From the NCBI GenBank assembly GCA_043228905.1, contig JBHGNT010000012.1, positions 5,208,001 to 5,272,000 on the forward strand: a stretch of 64,000 nt of DNA, given 5' to 3'. The position numbers and the translations under genes are program-made. The notes beneath the pieces are model-generated. The model searched no databases. It saw only the letters and a list, made by a program, of their open reading frames with translations, and was not told the DNA's origin. The stretch's first letter is position 1. Every line of letters starts with the position of its first letter. This DNA is from Azolla caroliniana (lineage: Eukaryota > Plantae > Polypodiophyta). This document shows, piece after piece, positions 37,462-49,574 of the stretch.

Positions 37462-40363
37462 ATGAAGGCACACTTTCCAAAGAAAGGAACACGCGTCGAC
37501 GCAATGATGCACAGACCCATGAACCCTAAGTCACAAAAAGAGAAGAATTGCCAGTTTTCTGCACATTACAGAAAACAAACTCAAGCCTTCTGCTCTCCTC
37601 GTGCTCCTCGCTCTCCTCGTGCCCCTCTCTCTCCTCGCTCCCCTGCCTATCTCAGACACCACGGTCGGAGTACCCTACATGCTCTACTTCATAACCACTT
37701 CCCTTACGATCCCTACCAGGAGAATATGTTGATTTCCATATCCTCAGCGCTGCAACGATGGCTCCTTGAAAAGGGTTTTGAAGGCTACATCCAGGTAGCA
37801 GAGGTGCCTCCACACCCCAATGCCCAAGAAATTGCTAAAAAGCTCAATGTTGACACAGTCACGAACACCAGCATTAGAAAGACGTTGGGCTTGACCGTAA
37901 CAAGCGAAAAACACTTTGAAATTCCCCCTGCAGAAACCTTGGAGAAATATTTCGGAGAGTATTCAACCTCCGCCAAGGCGTACAGGACAAAGGAGATCCC
38001 GAATTCCTTTTTCCGGGAGGTAGCGAAGTTCCTATTGGAAGTCGGTTGTGTCCTCGTAAACGCCTATGGGATGCCCAAGCAGAAAGATGACATCGTCATT
38101 GACACGTTTGAAGGCTGCTCCATCGACTGGGGGGTAATCACAGGCCCAACGCTAAGGGAAGGCCTTCACACATTTCAGGCTAGGAAAAAGATGCATCCAA
38201 TAATACAACAATACTTAACAGTATTGTTCCCTCCCCGAGGACTTCCCGCCCCGGACACAACCAGATCCACGCCTCCATCTCAATGCGCAAAATGGAGGTT
38301 AGCAGACCTCGCAACAACGGAATGGGAGGAAGCCCCAAACCCTTCCACCACTGAAGCAACTTTGACGCAAGAAGAGCTACAGACCAACCGCGGAAGCGCC
38401 AACTACGGCCGAGCAAGATGAGCAAGAGCCGAATCGAGGTAGTCCTAGGCCTAAGCGTCGACGGTTGGATAGGAAGGACGAGCACAGACTAGTAAAAGAT
38501 ACGGTTGTGTGAGTCGAAGATTTCACCCCCACGGAGCCCACTTCCACATTGGAACTCATTCACGAGCCACAACTGGTCATAACCACACAATCACAACATG
38601 GTAAAAGCATGCTCACGGCGGAAAGTGAAGTGTTAAACTATCCGGACATTCCGGATACGGCCCATGATTTCGGCGCATTGTTGCAATTTGGTACAACATA
38701 CGAACTCATGGAATTCCTGGCAACACAACAGATAAAAGACTCCCAGCAAATGGCCGAGGAGCACACCAAACAACAAATGATCGAGCGTGCACTAACATAG
38801 ATGACGGAGAGTGAGGATGAAGAACCACAAGCAAAAGTGGGCAGGAAGCACAACGCGGGGGTCCGCGGTGTCGGAATCAAACTCCCTCCACTAAATGCTG
38901 CCTTCGTGGAGGTCCATAGGGAGTTGGCAAGGATCAGTCTAAGCGCCAAAGACGTGGTGGCGGTTAAGAATAAAAATGTGTGGAAAACCGTCAAAATAAC
39001 CCATTACCAATTAAATAAGGCGCAGGAGCGCATCACACAATTGGAGAATAATGCGATTGCTACGCAACACTCTCCGGCTACTACCTCCCACAACGCCGAA
39101 GTGACGACTCTACGGGAGGAGGTAGCGGCTCAAGCAGCAATAGCGGCAAAGGCGAAAAAGGCTATGCAACTAGCCGAAACGGAGATTGACCGCCTTCGAT
39201 TAGAACTCCGTTAGTCGTCAGACATCCGAGCAACAAGGCGCAAGGCGACTAAGATGATTCAAGACAAGCTCGACGCTGAAATAGCAGCACTTGGCCGAAC
39301 GAAGGAAGAGAGGGACAAGCTTCACGAAGAAGGAATCAAAAAGGAAAACATCATTTCAGCATTATGAGAAGCGGCCCAGGAAAAGTACGACTGGTCTAAC
39401 GAACAAATCGAGAATGAGTACCAACTCAGGTGGGGTGTCGAAATTTGCCTCAACAACGAGATGGGCCGACTAGAGGAGCTCCATGACAAGGAATCGAAAA
39501 TATGGGCCCAAATGAAGACTCATTATGAAGAAGCAGCAGTGAGCAACAAGTGGAAAATTGAGAACCTCAAGAAGGCTCTGGAGGACTTACATGCCTACAC
39601 AACTTGGACCACAGATCGTATATGCACCCTCCTCCAAACAAAGCATGAACGGTTTACGGCCCAGCTACAAGCCACATTAGATAAAGGATGGGCCAGATGG
39701 GTGGCACAGGCAGCGGAACTCCACGTTTATAAAGCGGACTGGGAAAATTGGCGTAAGGAGGGGAAAGGTTTTTATAAACTAAGCGAAGAAATCATCGCTA
39801 CGGTGCGCAAGGACCTTACGCAGGATTACCAAACATTGGTTGATCGTCACAACGAAGAAATAGCATAGCTATTGGAAGACTTCGGTGAAAGTCAAGAAGA
39901 AGTGTTCCGCCAGTTGTGAGACATCGGAAGTGAACATCAAAGGACGGAAGAGATGAAGAAGGCGGAAGCCATCACCTTACAGGATAGTGACTCCACGGAG
40001 CAGGACGAGACCCCAACTGAACAGGCAGGCACTCCTGAGGTGACTACAACGACCGGACCCAACGACACAGTCCCACAGGATAGTGACTCCGCGGAGCAGA
40101 ATGAGACGCCGATCAAACAGGTAGGCACTCTGGAGGTGACTACAACGATCGTACCCAGCGACACAGTCCCAACCACGACAGCCATTGTAGAGGAAGCAGT
40201 ACAAGAAGAGATATGGCCGGAGCCACCCACGGAGAGACTACAGGCGGAAGCGCCGGTTGAGCCACAAAGCGACGAGCCCAACCACATTACGGTGCCACCA
40301 ATCACGACAAGTAACGACGAGCGCCCAGAGCCAAATATCCTCGATATTTTGGAAGACGAGTAA
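37462..40363 (+). pseudogene. Accessory (extra) ORF of the gypsy element, function unknown; coiled coil, NLS-like and T/E/P-rich tail
   Basis: ORFs 38549, 38801, 39461 and 39953 share one frame separated by single stops; 37462-38421 joins by one frameshift; lies between integrase and 3' LTR. Confidence 0.7.
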
Positions 40364-40864
40364 AGGGAGGAGGGGTCCTACATGCCAAGGCACTGTCCCA
40401 CAGGTGTGCTAGGTGTTGTCCACCGTAAAAGGACAAATGTAAATAACGCATGTTAAAGAAGCGTATTAATTATAATAGAAGCGTTGAAGTAACGCGTCTA
40501 ACGGTTCACGTGGGAAGTGTAACAGACTAGGCCTCGTGTATATAAAGGGCATATGAACATTATAAAGAGCTAGCACAATATTGAGCAATATAGTTTCTGT
40601 CTTCTCTAAGTTATGTCTCTTATCTCTTGTCTCTTCTCTGTTGTCTCTCTGTGACTGTATAAGCGTAAGTGTGTAAGGTGAATACAAGTTGCGTGGTTAC
40701 GCACATTAGGAGATCGGTTGTAATCGTCTCTAGTTGTATGCCTTTAGTAAACATGCTCTAAGTCACTACGTTCCACGTGCTACGCAATTTCCTACCCTGT
40801 ACCACGATCACCTTGATACCTACCCTAAAGGACTGAGGGTAGGCCGTGTTCCTAACCGGCAACA

Positions 40865-43800
40865 TATACCTATTGCCCCTCAAGGTTTCGGGTAAAGGTC
40901 CCATGAAATCCCATCCGACCAACTCGAAAGGTGACGTGACGGTGATGGGTTGGAGCATTCCAGCTGGCTTGCCCGTAGGTTTGATGTGTTGACACAAAGC
41001 ACATTGTTTGATGTAGGTAGAGACAGAGTGTCACATGTTGGGCCAGTAATACTTGAGGCATAATTTTTTGAGAACCTTGTGGAAACCCAAATAACCCAAC
41101 AATGGGTGGTCGTGATAAAATTGGAGATACGTTTGTTGTAGGGCATGAGGGATGTAGAGACGAGGCTCGTGATGTGCTTGAATGAAGAACATCAAGCTAT
41201 CATGGAGCATGAACCGTCGTTGTGAGGGAAACGGTTGGAGGGAGCACAACTGATGGGTTATCTCTTGGATGGTGGGGTCGTGTTGCTGAAGTGTAGTGAG
41301 TTGTGGCAATGGTAGCGAAAGATCAAATGTCTTAGCGAGAAATTGGACAGCCTAGAAGTCGGTGCTAGAGAGACTATTAGAGACCAAATTGGTTGCACCT
41401 TTCCAATAGGAGAGGGTAAGCTGATAATCTTGGAGTTCCAGTGTCCATCGCAACAAGCGGCCCGGGGGGTGAGGTCGATGGATAAGAGAAAGCAAGGGTT
41501 GGTGGTCAGTCTCAACCGTAACTTGTCCACCATGAAGGTATGGGTGAAGATGCTGGAAAGACCAGACGATCACAAGTAGCTCCTTCTCGATGGTTGAGTA
41601 GTTGCGTTCAGCCAGTGTGAGAGTGTGGCTAATGAAGGCGACTCCCTTTTCTTGCTCGTGGCAATTAGCTTGCAAGAGGACGGTTCCTAACCCATGGTTT
41701 GATGCGTCTGTCTGCAACATGAACGGTTGGTCAAAGTTAGGATGGGCGAGCAACCCCAATTCCTAGACCATGGTTTTGAGGCGATGAAAGTTATCTTTGA
41801 AAGTAGGATCCCAAATGAATGACACACCTTTCTTCAAGAGTTGACGAAGGGGAAAAGTGACCAAGGCGAGGTTCGGGATGAAGCGAAGGGAAAAGGTGAT
41901 AATGCCCAAAAAATGTTGCAATGATTTTATTGAGGTGGGGGGGGGATAGTCAGTGATGGCTGCCACCTTTGCAGGGTCCATATGGATTCCGTCGCCAGAG
42001 ATGATGAAGCCGAGAAAACGGAGGATGGTGCTTCCCCATCGACACTTTCCATTGGAATTGCAAGTTATGCTTAGTTATGCAAGCAAGGACTTCGGCGAGA
42101 GTTTGTAGATGGTCCTCCCAAGTGGTCGTGTGTATAAGGATGTCCTCGAGATAAACGAGGACACTTTTGCTGATAAGGGCGGCGAAGATGGAGTTTGCCA
42201 TGCGTTGGAATGTGCTACCGACATCCGATAGCCCGAATGGCATGTGCATGAATTGGAATAGCCCAAGGCGTGTACGGAATACGATCTTGTGGGCGTCAGA
42301 AGGCATTAGGGGGATCTGCCAATATCATGAGGCTAAGTCCAGGGAGGTGAAATAACGGGAGCCACCGATTTGATCCAAGAGGTCGTCCATGCAAGGGAGC
42401 AGGTAGAGGTCATGGATAGTCACTTTGTTGAGAGGTCTGAAGTCGATGCAAAAGTGGAAGGTGCTATCATCCTTCTTGACTAGATGGGGTTCCGAAAGCC
42501 AATCGTTGGTGGAAGGAATGATAATACCTTTGGTGAGCATGTCGGTGACGGCATCATCAATGTGATCGTGGTCGAGGGAGGAATGTTGGCGGGTAGCCAT
42601 GCGGATCGGAGTGACTTCCCAAGTACGAATGACATGTTGTACAAGGAAAGAGACAGTAGGAGCATGCATGGGTTGGAGGGTTAGTGATGGAAAATGAGCT
42701 AATAATTGGCGGATGGAGACCAATCGCTCTTGTGGAAGGGCCACATGGACTTGCTATCATGTAGAAGGGGGATAGGGGGAGCATGTAACAATCGGCAACA
42801 GTTTGGTTCGGTTCAAGAGGGTCCAAACCGAACCGTTTAAAAAATTTGAAACCCAAACCAAACCAAACCACAAAACCGTTAAACGTTTTTCAAACCGTTA
42901 CACCATTAAACCATAAAAACTGTGGTTTCGTGGTTTGGTTTTGGTTTTGGTTTTCAACATAGGTCAAATTTTTAATTTTTTAAAAATTAATTTTTTTTTA
43001 AGATGCTCCTAAAATGTGAGAATAAGGTCTAAAAATGAAAAGATTGTTTAAAAACAATTTTTAAAAATTTTTAGAATTATTTTTAAAATTCTTAAAAATA
43101 AAAATAAAAAATAAAAAACCATTAAACCATTTAAACCATGGTTTTTTATTGTTGAAACCGAACCAAACCATTGAAACCGTTAAGTTGTTAAACCGCAGTT
43201 TCGCGGTTCAATTCGGTTCAAACCGAACCGTTGTCGATTGTTAAGAGCATGTGGGACAAGAAGTTTATGGGCATCGAAATCAATCACAACACGACTCTTG
43301 AGGAACCAATCACAACCTAAGGTCAGGGGGAAGAGTTGGTGGGGCAAGACATAAAAGTGGTGTGAGAAGGTGAGAGTGCCTAAGGTGAAGGTGCAGTGGG
43401 CTTGCATGCAAAAGTGGTAAAGATGTTGGTGATCACCAAAAAGGACTTGGATGGAAGGAGCGGGGGATGTGGGGAGACCTAACTGGTGAACTAAGGCGGT
43501 GCTAATGGAAGAGATACTACTACCAGAGTCTAACAAGATGGTGTGGGTGCAGTGATTAATGGTGACGAGAGTGGTGCATACTTGAAAAATTGGAAGAGGC
43601 GAACGCTTGGATGTGGAGGGTTGACTCTTCCATTTGCACCCCGGAAGTCAGTTTCCCCGAAGCTCAGCCAACGATGCCGCGTTAGCCATAGTTATCTGGA
43701 ATTGTTGATTGTGAGACTATTGATGCAATTTCTGGCAGTGACGTCGGACGTGTCCATAATTGTTGCAATAGAAACACTTCAGACGCCCTTGGCCATCACG

Positions 43801-45026
43801 ATTAGGAAGGTTGCGGCGAGCCTGCAGTTGCATGTTTTGGACATCAATGTCCATGGGGGTCGTGCCTTGGTATTGGGTGCGCAAGTCGGTCGATGATGGA
43901 TGGGGCCAACGTGGTTGGGAGTCAGATACCATACACGCTTCGATGCGTTGGGCAATGAGGATGGCATCGTTGAATGTCTTGGGACCATGGTCCTGAGCGC
44001 GGCGAGTGATGTCATGGCGCAAACGGGGCCATAAAAAGAAAATCTTCACATACGCGGGCATGGTAGGGTCGGCACAAATGAGTTGATTGAGGCGAACACC
44101 AAATTGGCCCACAGGTTTGTGTGCTTGCTACTGCAACATTTTGAGTTGTTGTAACGCCGTTTGGGCCGAATTGTGATGGGCGAAGTTTTGCACGAGGAGA
44201 TCTTGGAGGATCACCTAGTTCTTTGTCATGTCGCTTGATTGTTGGACATACCATGTGGTGGCTACATTTTCAAGCAGGGTACAAACTTCCAAAGCTTTGC
44301 ACTCGTCAGACCATCGATGGTAACTGGAGATCATTTGAAAGTGGTCCAACCAGGCTAAGCCATCCTCGGAAGGCAAGCTGGAGAAGGACTTTGGGCGGAC
44401 CTTGGAATCTAGGTGATCTTGAGTGTTGTCATTGTTAGTGGAGAGGAATGAGAGCATAACTTGATTTGTGTGGTTGATTTGAAGCATGGTGTTGGAGAGG
44501 AGTTGGAGGAGTTGCTCCAGTTGGAAAGGGGGTGGTCGTTCGTGCGGTTGCGAGAACTCGGGCTCCATCGGGGTATCGGCGTTTGAGGCGAAGGGAGGGA
44601 ATTGGGATGCCATGAACGAGGTGGTAATGGCTAAAATTTTACCCCGCTTCCCCACCAATTATGTGAAATGCACATAAAAGGAAACCAAACTAGCTTGCCT
44701 AGCTTCTTACTTATCGTTCAATTTATAGAAGATACAAAGGTACCCTTTTTGGGCCGGCCTAGCTACATGCGTCCCAAAAGGGTGGGCTAAAAGGGGTGGT
44801 GTGCTAAAAGGGTGTGCTAAAAGGCATGCACTCGCATGAAAGGGACACCACAATATACTAAAGACTAGAATATTCTGGAATGTATTATATGCTAGACTAT
44901 ACAATACTAAACTATTATATATAAATACATGCTCATATCTAAATGGTTGAGCATGACATCTTGTAGATGTGATGTTGCAGGTTCAATCCTCACTAATTAT
45001 GTATTTTATGTCACTATGGCGTGACA
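40865..45026 (-). mobile_element. Decayed Ty3/gypsy element (gag-PR-RT-RH-partial IN), 5' LTR ~44662-45026, tRNA-Ala-like PBS
   Basis: gag with PMDID and CFYCNNYGH; LDSGS protease; FCIDFRPLN, LDLAS, MPFGL, YLED; TDAS, NYSTIEKE, TDH; PFELVGWDFMGP; PBS tggtggggaagcggggta. Confidence 0.88.
42786..43243. mobile_element. hAT-type MITE inserted between gypsy protease and RT
   Basis: TIR taacaatcggcaac / gttgtcgattgtta; 8-bp TSD ggagcatg / agagcatg; many aaaccg subterminal motifs; AT-rich core. Confidence 0.85.
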
Positions 45027-46647
45027 TGGTCAACTGAACTTTGTACTACATAGGCGTCATTGACCGAATCGTTTGCAAACGATTTTCTCCGAGCAGCTTC
45101 CGTCAAGATTGATCTTGTGACTTCAGAGTATTTAACAACGGCAGTTGACACATTGCACACAATTGTGATTTTCCCACGAAGGGGGAGGGACTAATCATTA
45201 AAAGCATGGCTTTTAGTTCATCGTCACTTGGGCCGAAATCTGGGAGCTTGGACTTTCGTACTCGTTCATGTATGCTTGGATCGAGTCAGATTCTTTCATC
45301 CGAAGATTGTAGAGGTGCCGAATCAAATATATCTTGTGTCGGCGACCTTCTTCTCGTAAGTGTCCAAAAGTGTCTTCCATAGTTGGAAAGCAGTTGTGCA
45401 CAATTGCACTGTGAAGTACATTAACTCCAATAAGTGTATCCGAATGGTGGCTTGGAGAATTTTATCAAGTTTCGTCCACTCATTCTACTTGAATCCTTCT
45501 AGAGCGTTTTCTATCTCGATTAGATCGATTTGACCCTTGACTATTAGATAGTCCTGCATCTGCTCCTTCTAGAAGTTGAACTTTGATCCATCAAGCTTCC
45601 TTAGACTCATTTCTGATCAGCTAGATGTTGATGCCATCTGTGTTGGCCTTGGGAGATTTTGTCCAGAGTTGGCTGCAAACAATGGTAGGGTGCAACTGAC
45701 TAGCTCACCCAAATTCGTTCTAGCCGGATTTGGACACGAGTTTGCTAATAGTTTCGAAATACTATTGGATGGTGAGTTTGCTCCAAGTGGCTACAACAAG
45801 TGGAGGGACAGAACCGACTGGTCTTTCTGAATATCGCTTAGTCGAGTTGAGCACAACTATATGCCAAATAGGTTCCGAATACCAATTGTTGAGGACGATC
45901 ACAGATTATGTGCCCTCTTTTCAGGTTGATCTTGCTTCGAGTGTCTACGACGATTGGATGGACAGATTTAAACTATTCTTCCCAGATTTTGTCTGGCTAA
46001 GTGAAGCACAAATGATGTTGCTCCTAGGGTTGGATCTGCTTTGAGTGGTTACGACAAACGAGTAGATAGTGTCTAACCTAGTAAAGCACGATCGAGGCCA
46101 ATTTGATAGAGATTCCACTCTAAACGGCTGCAATCACAGAAGCAAGGTACAACCGGCTGGTTTACCTCAAGAGTGATCTAGCTCAGTAGGGTGCAAATCT
46201 TCAGTAGTCTTTCTCTTCTCAAGATGATATCTTGAACGCAGGGTCTTCATGAAGGTAGGGGCAAGAATGTTGTTGAAAACAGATGACGGCCGACAACAAG
46301 TTGAATAACCTCTCGCTCTGATACCAGATGTTGGAGTTTGAGACCGTCAGTGCGGAAACAAGAACAACATCTATGCTTAGAATTAGAAGATCACAAAGTT
46401 AGCATGGTAGTGCAAGATCAAGGAGACAGAGTGAGAGACATAGAGTATGACGCACAAGATATAACTATATTATTCGAACTTAAAGTTACAATATAGAATG
46501 GAGGCGACCTTATGAGCTAGGTTACAAAGCCCGTTATATACTAGCTAGGCTAGGGCAACTGCCCTTTATCATATTTACAGAATTGTCCTAAACCTAGTCT
46601 GTCCAAGGGACAGTGTGAATACGGCCACTAGACACATGTATCTGACA

Positions 46648-49235
46648 TTGATAAGGGGTCAAACCATGAGCAAGTAGCTTTAGAAACTTGCTTGAGAGTC
46701 ATATTCGCATGGATACCCAATGTGAGGCCAAATGCGATAGTCATCGATAAAAGGTGTGTTGGGAATATGTCCCTCCAGTGGGAGGAAGAACTGACTGATC
46801 GGAAAGCCGACAATCGATGACAGGGAAGATTCGACTGTTCGGAAAGCCGACAGTCGAAGAGTCGAAAACATTGAGTCGACTGTTTGTGAATTCGATTATT
46901 ATTATTATGGTAATAATAAGGATGATGTTTGGAAACAAGTCCCTCTAGATGGGAAAGAGAGAGGAACCGAGTTGATGAGTGACTCGGCCTTGGCCGAAAC
47001 CAGAATCGTGTAAATAGCCAACTTGGGAGACAATAATTGTAAATAGTCTAAGTGTGCGCCCCATGAGGGCTACGTATGTAAATAGCCAGAAAGTTGTGTA
47101 AGTATATATACAACTAGGGAAAACTTTATGTGTGTGATGAACGAAGTTAGAACTGCAGAAGTAAAACGACTGAGAGAGAGGAGAGAGAGAAGTGAGAGCT
47201 GCACCATAGCTGTGTGTGTAACAGCAGACGCGAAGAGCCATGTGCGGCTGATACACTCGACAGAGTGTTTGTAATCTTCTTTGTGTTGTATATCCACTAT
47301 ATTATAGTGAAGAATCTGTTCACCCGTGGTTTTTCCCCGTTTTAGGGTTTCCACGTAAATCTCTGTGTACATCTGTTTATCTTGTCTTTTTCTGGTGTAT
47401 TCTTGTGATTCGTATTTCAGCGCGTAGTTCGTTTATTGTGATCTATTCCGCAACAATTTCTCAACAAGTTGGACATCATATAATGCCATAAGTAATGTCG
47501 TTGCAGCAGAACGATTATCTTGGATTGTTGCAAATGGGCAAAGGTCGCAAATTCATTGTCGACTTTTGTTGTGTCAGTTCCATGCCAAAAAAGCATGGAA
47601 CTGACACAACTTGTTGCCAAAGGTAAGTGCAACTGAGAGAAACCATCTTTATAACCGGATGTGTCAACTCATGCAATGCATTACAAAATCCCATTCAGTG
47701 CCCAATGTGAGGAGTTATCGGTAGAATATGCAAACAAGCTATGTGTTTGGCAATATATAGAAGGAGGATGGCGTGGCTTGACATGTGTGTGCAAGAAACT
47801 GTGGCCCAAGTTTGGTAGAATGTTCAACTATGGACATGTTGACACTACCAATATTGTGGAGAGACATTGGTAGTTTATCAAATATACTGCATTGAGAGGA
47901 AGAATAAACCAATCAATTACCGATCTTGTGCATGTTTTAATCGGGGACAGTCAAACTGGCACTTGCGTCGGAGGAACCATTATTGAATGGTACAAGCAAC
48001 GACAAGAAATATGTGAGAGTGGTAGATTTGCACCCCATGCAAATTGTAGGGATCAAACAACAAGACTTAAAGAGGCTGAGAGGATACTAGAGAGGTATGA
48101 AACTAACCTGAAACTAATAATGCGATAGTGCATATTGTGGACAAGCCTCGATATTGGTTTAAAATATTGAGCTTGAGAAAACCCATTGTATGGTATAATG
48201 TATCGCTCTAGTGCTCATATTGTGATTGCCAAGACCATGTGAGTAAATGTAAGCATATACTCGGCATCCGGATGATTATTGAGTGGCACATGCCACATCT
48301 ATGTGGGTCGTTGCCTTTTATAGATCACGCGACCCACATGCGCAATAACCATTTCACAGAAATAGAAGTGGAGACAAACCCTAGTGCATCAAATATAGAT
48401 TAATGGGAGTTGGAACTACAGATGACCGAGGCAAATATTCAATGTCTCAGGCAAGGGTTACAATCCCTCGACCGTGCAAAAGTTTTGTCATGTATGGGGT
48501 CCATTTCAGGAATGAGACAAATGGTGGTGTATCACGTTGGGGCACCGAAACCAACCAATGAAGAAGATGGTGGATCCATAAGGCAGAAGCAAGCAATTGG
48601 TGTGAAGAGAGGAGCAAGTGTCAACATTTCCCAAGATCTTATTGGCAGCTCCCCAAACGCTTCCAAAACACACTCCGAAAAAATGCAAAGAGGTGCAAGT
48701 CGAGCTAGGAAGCAGTTGCCAATATGTGCAATAGAGAAGATTCGATGCTTGCATTGCGATGCCTTGACCTTTAGATCAAGGGACTCGAATGCTGATTGTT
48801 GCAAGAATTGTGGCCGCATCTTGCCATCATCTCCAGATGAGCCATAAACATGGCTTGAGTGGTTTTGCGGACCATTGCAATTGGGTTTACGAATGAAGTA
48901 TGTTATAAGTTTATTTATGTTTTATGTTTTGAGATGGTTATTTGTTGTAAAGACTAAGTTTTAAGTATGGTGAAGTTCGTCGATTTTGGAATTTTTAATG
49001 TTGGATTTTGTGACCGTTTAATCGGTTATTGTAAGTTTTAAGTTTCAAGATCAGACATATTTGATGATTTTGGTGGAAATGATACATTTGGTTGGGCGAC
49101 CTGCAATGGTTAGGGTTGGGCGACTTGCAATAGTCGAAGTTGGGCAACTGAGGACTCAGAGTTGGGCGACCTCTAATAGGGTTGGGCGACCAAGGACTCA
49201 GAGTTGGGTGACCTTTGACAGATTTTTTTTTTTCG
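46648..49235 (+). mobile_element. Mutator-like (MULE) DNA transposon remnant with decayed SWIM transposase
   Basis: PNAIVIDK, LLLCQFHAKKAW, DTTNIVERHW, SWIM CDCQDHVSKCKH, C-terminal CLHC...CKNC; subterminal gttgggcgac repeats 49091-49213. Confidence 0.8.
46757..47466 (+). mobile_element. Solo LTR (copia-like) inside the MULE transposase
   Basis: tgttggga...tctcaaca; TSD aggtg/agttg; removal restores gat aaa agt tgg (D-K-S-W). Confidence 0.82.
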
Positions 49236-49245
49236 CGCGTTCTTT

Positions 49246-49279
49246 CTTATCCAAATCGGACGGTGCAAAATCGCACGTG
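49246..49279 (+). promoter_or_regulatory. Candidate light-responsive module (I-box-like CTTATCC + G-box CACGTG) upstream of heme oxygenase
   Basis: CTTATCC 49246-49252 and CACGTG 49274-49279, about 300 bp before the ATG; motif match only. Confidence 0.4.
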
Positions 49280-49574
49280 CCATGCTTCGAGCGACCTGCA
49301 CCGCCGTCTGTGGCCGCGATTCCCTTGCCAACCCTATTTATGATTTGGTGTATAATAGACACGAGCATGTATGTGTTGCATGCGTGTATCATGTATGTAT
49401 GTATGTATGTATGTATGTATGTATGTATGTGTAGATGGATAGATGTGGTATGTGTCCATCCCTTTTGCTTCTTCATTCAGTAGCAGCAGGGGAAAAGCCT
49501 GAACTTCTACGTCTCCGTGGCACTGGCTGCTTTCTCTTCTTCTTCTTTCTTCTTCTTCCATCACAAGCCAAGCC

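Larger units (their letters stand above)
33121..40864 (+). mobile_element. Non-chromovirus Ty3/gypsy element (Phygy/Selgy/Athila-like integrase) lacking 5' LTR and RT, with long 3' extra ORF; 3' LTR ~40414-40864
   Basis: Retrotrans-gag 33316-33741, CCHC knuckles, IVDGG protease ~34660, RH ~35500-36000, integrase 36086-37393; LTR ends ggcaaca. Confidence 0.85.
32568..46647 (-). mobile_element. Decayed copia 'C8' of the C1 family in two pieces (32568-33116, 45027-46647 incl. PBS and LTR 46329-46647)
   Basis: Homologous to 1850-4021; WLLDSGVSYH protease; gctctgatacca 46315-46326; LTR tgttgg...tctgaca. Confidence 0.85.

Noticed and set aside
400-46133. Numerous short alternative-frame and antisense ORFs in the ORF track
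   Set aside because: They overlap recognisable TE domains, LTRs or microsatellites and show no independent motifs.
49091-49213. Repeat-spacer array
   Set aside because: 10-bp motifs with short, partly repeated spacers at a MULE end are ordinary subterminal repeats; eukaryotic context and no cas genes.
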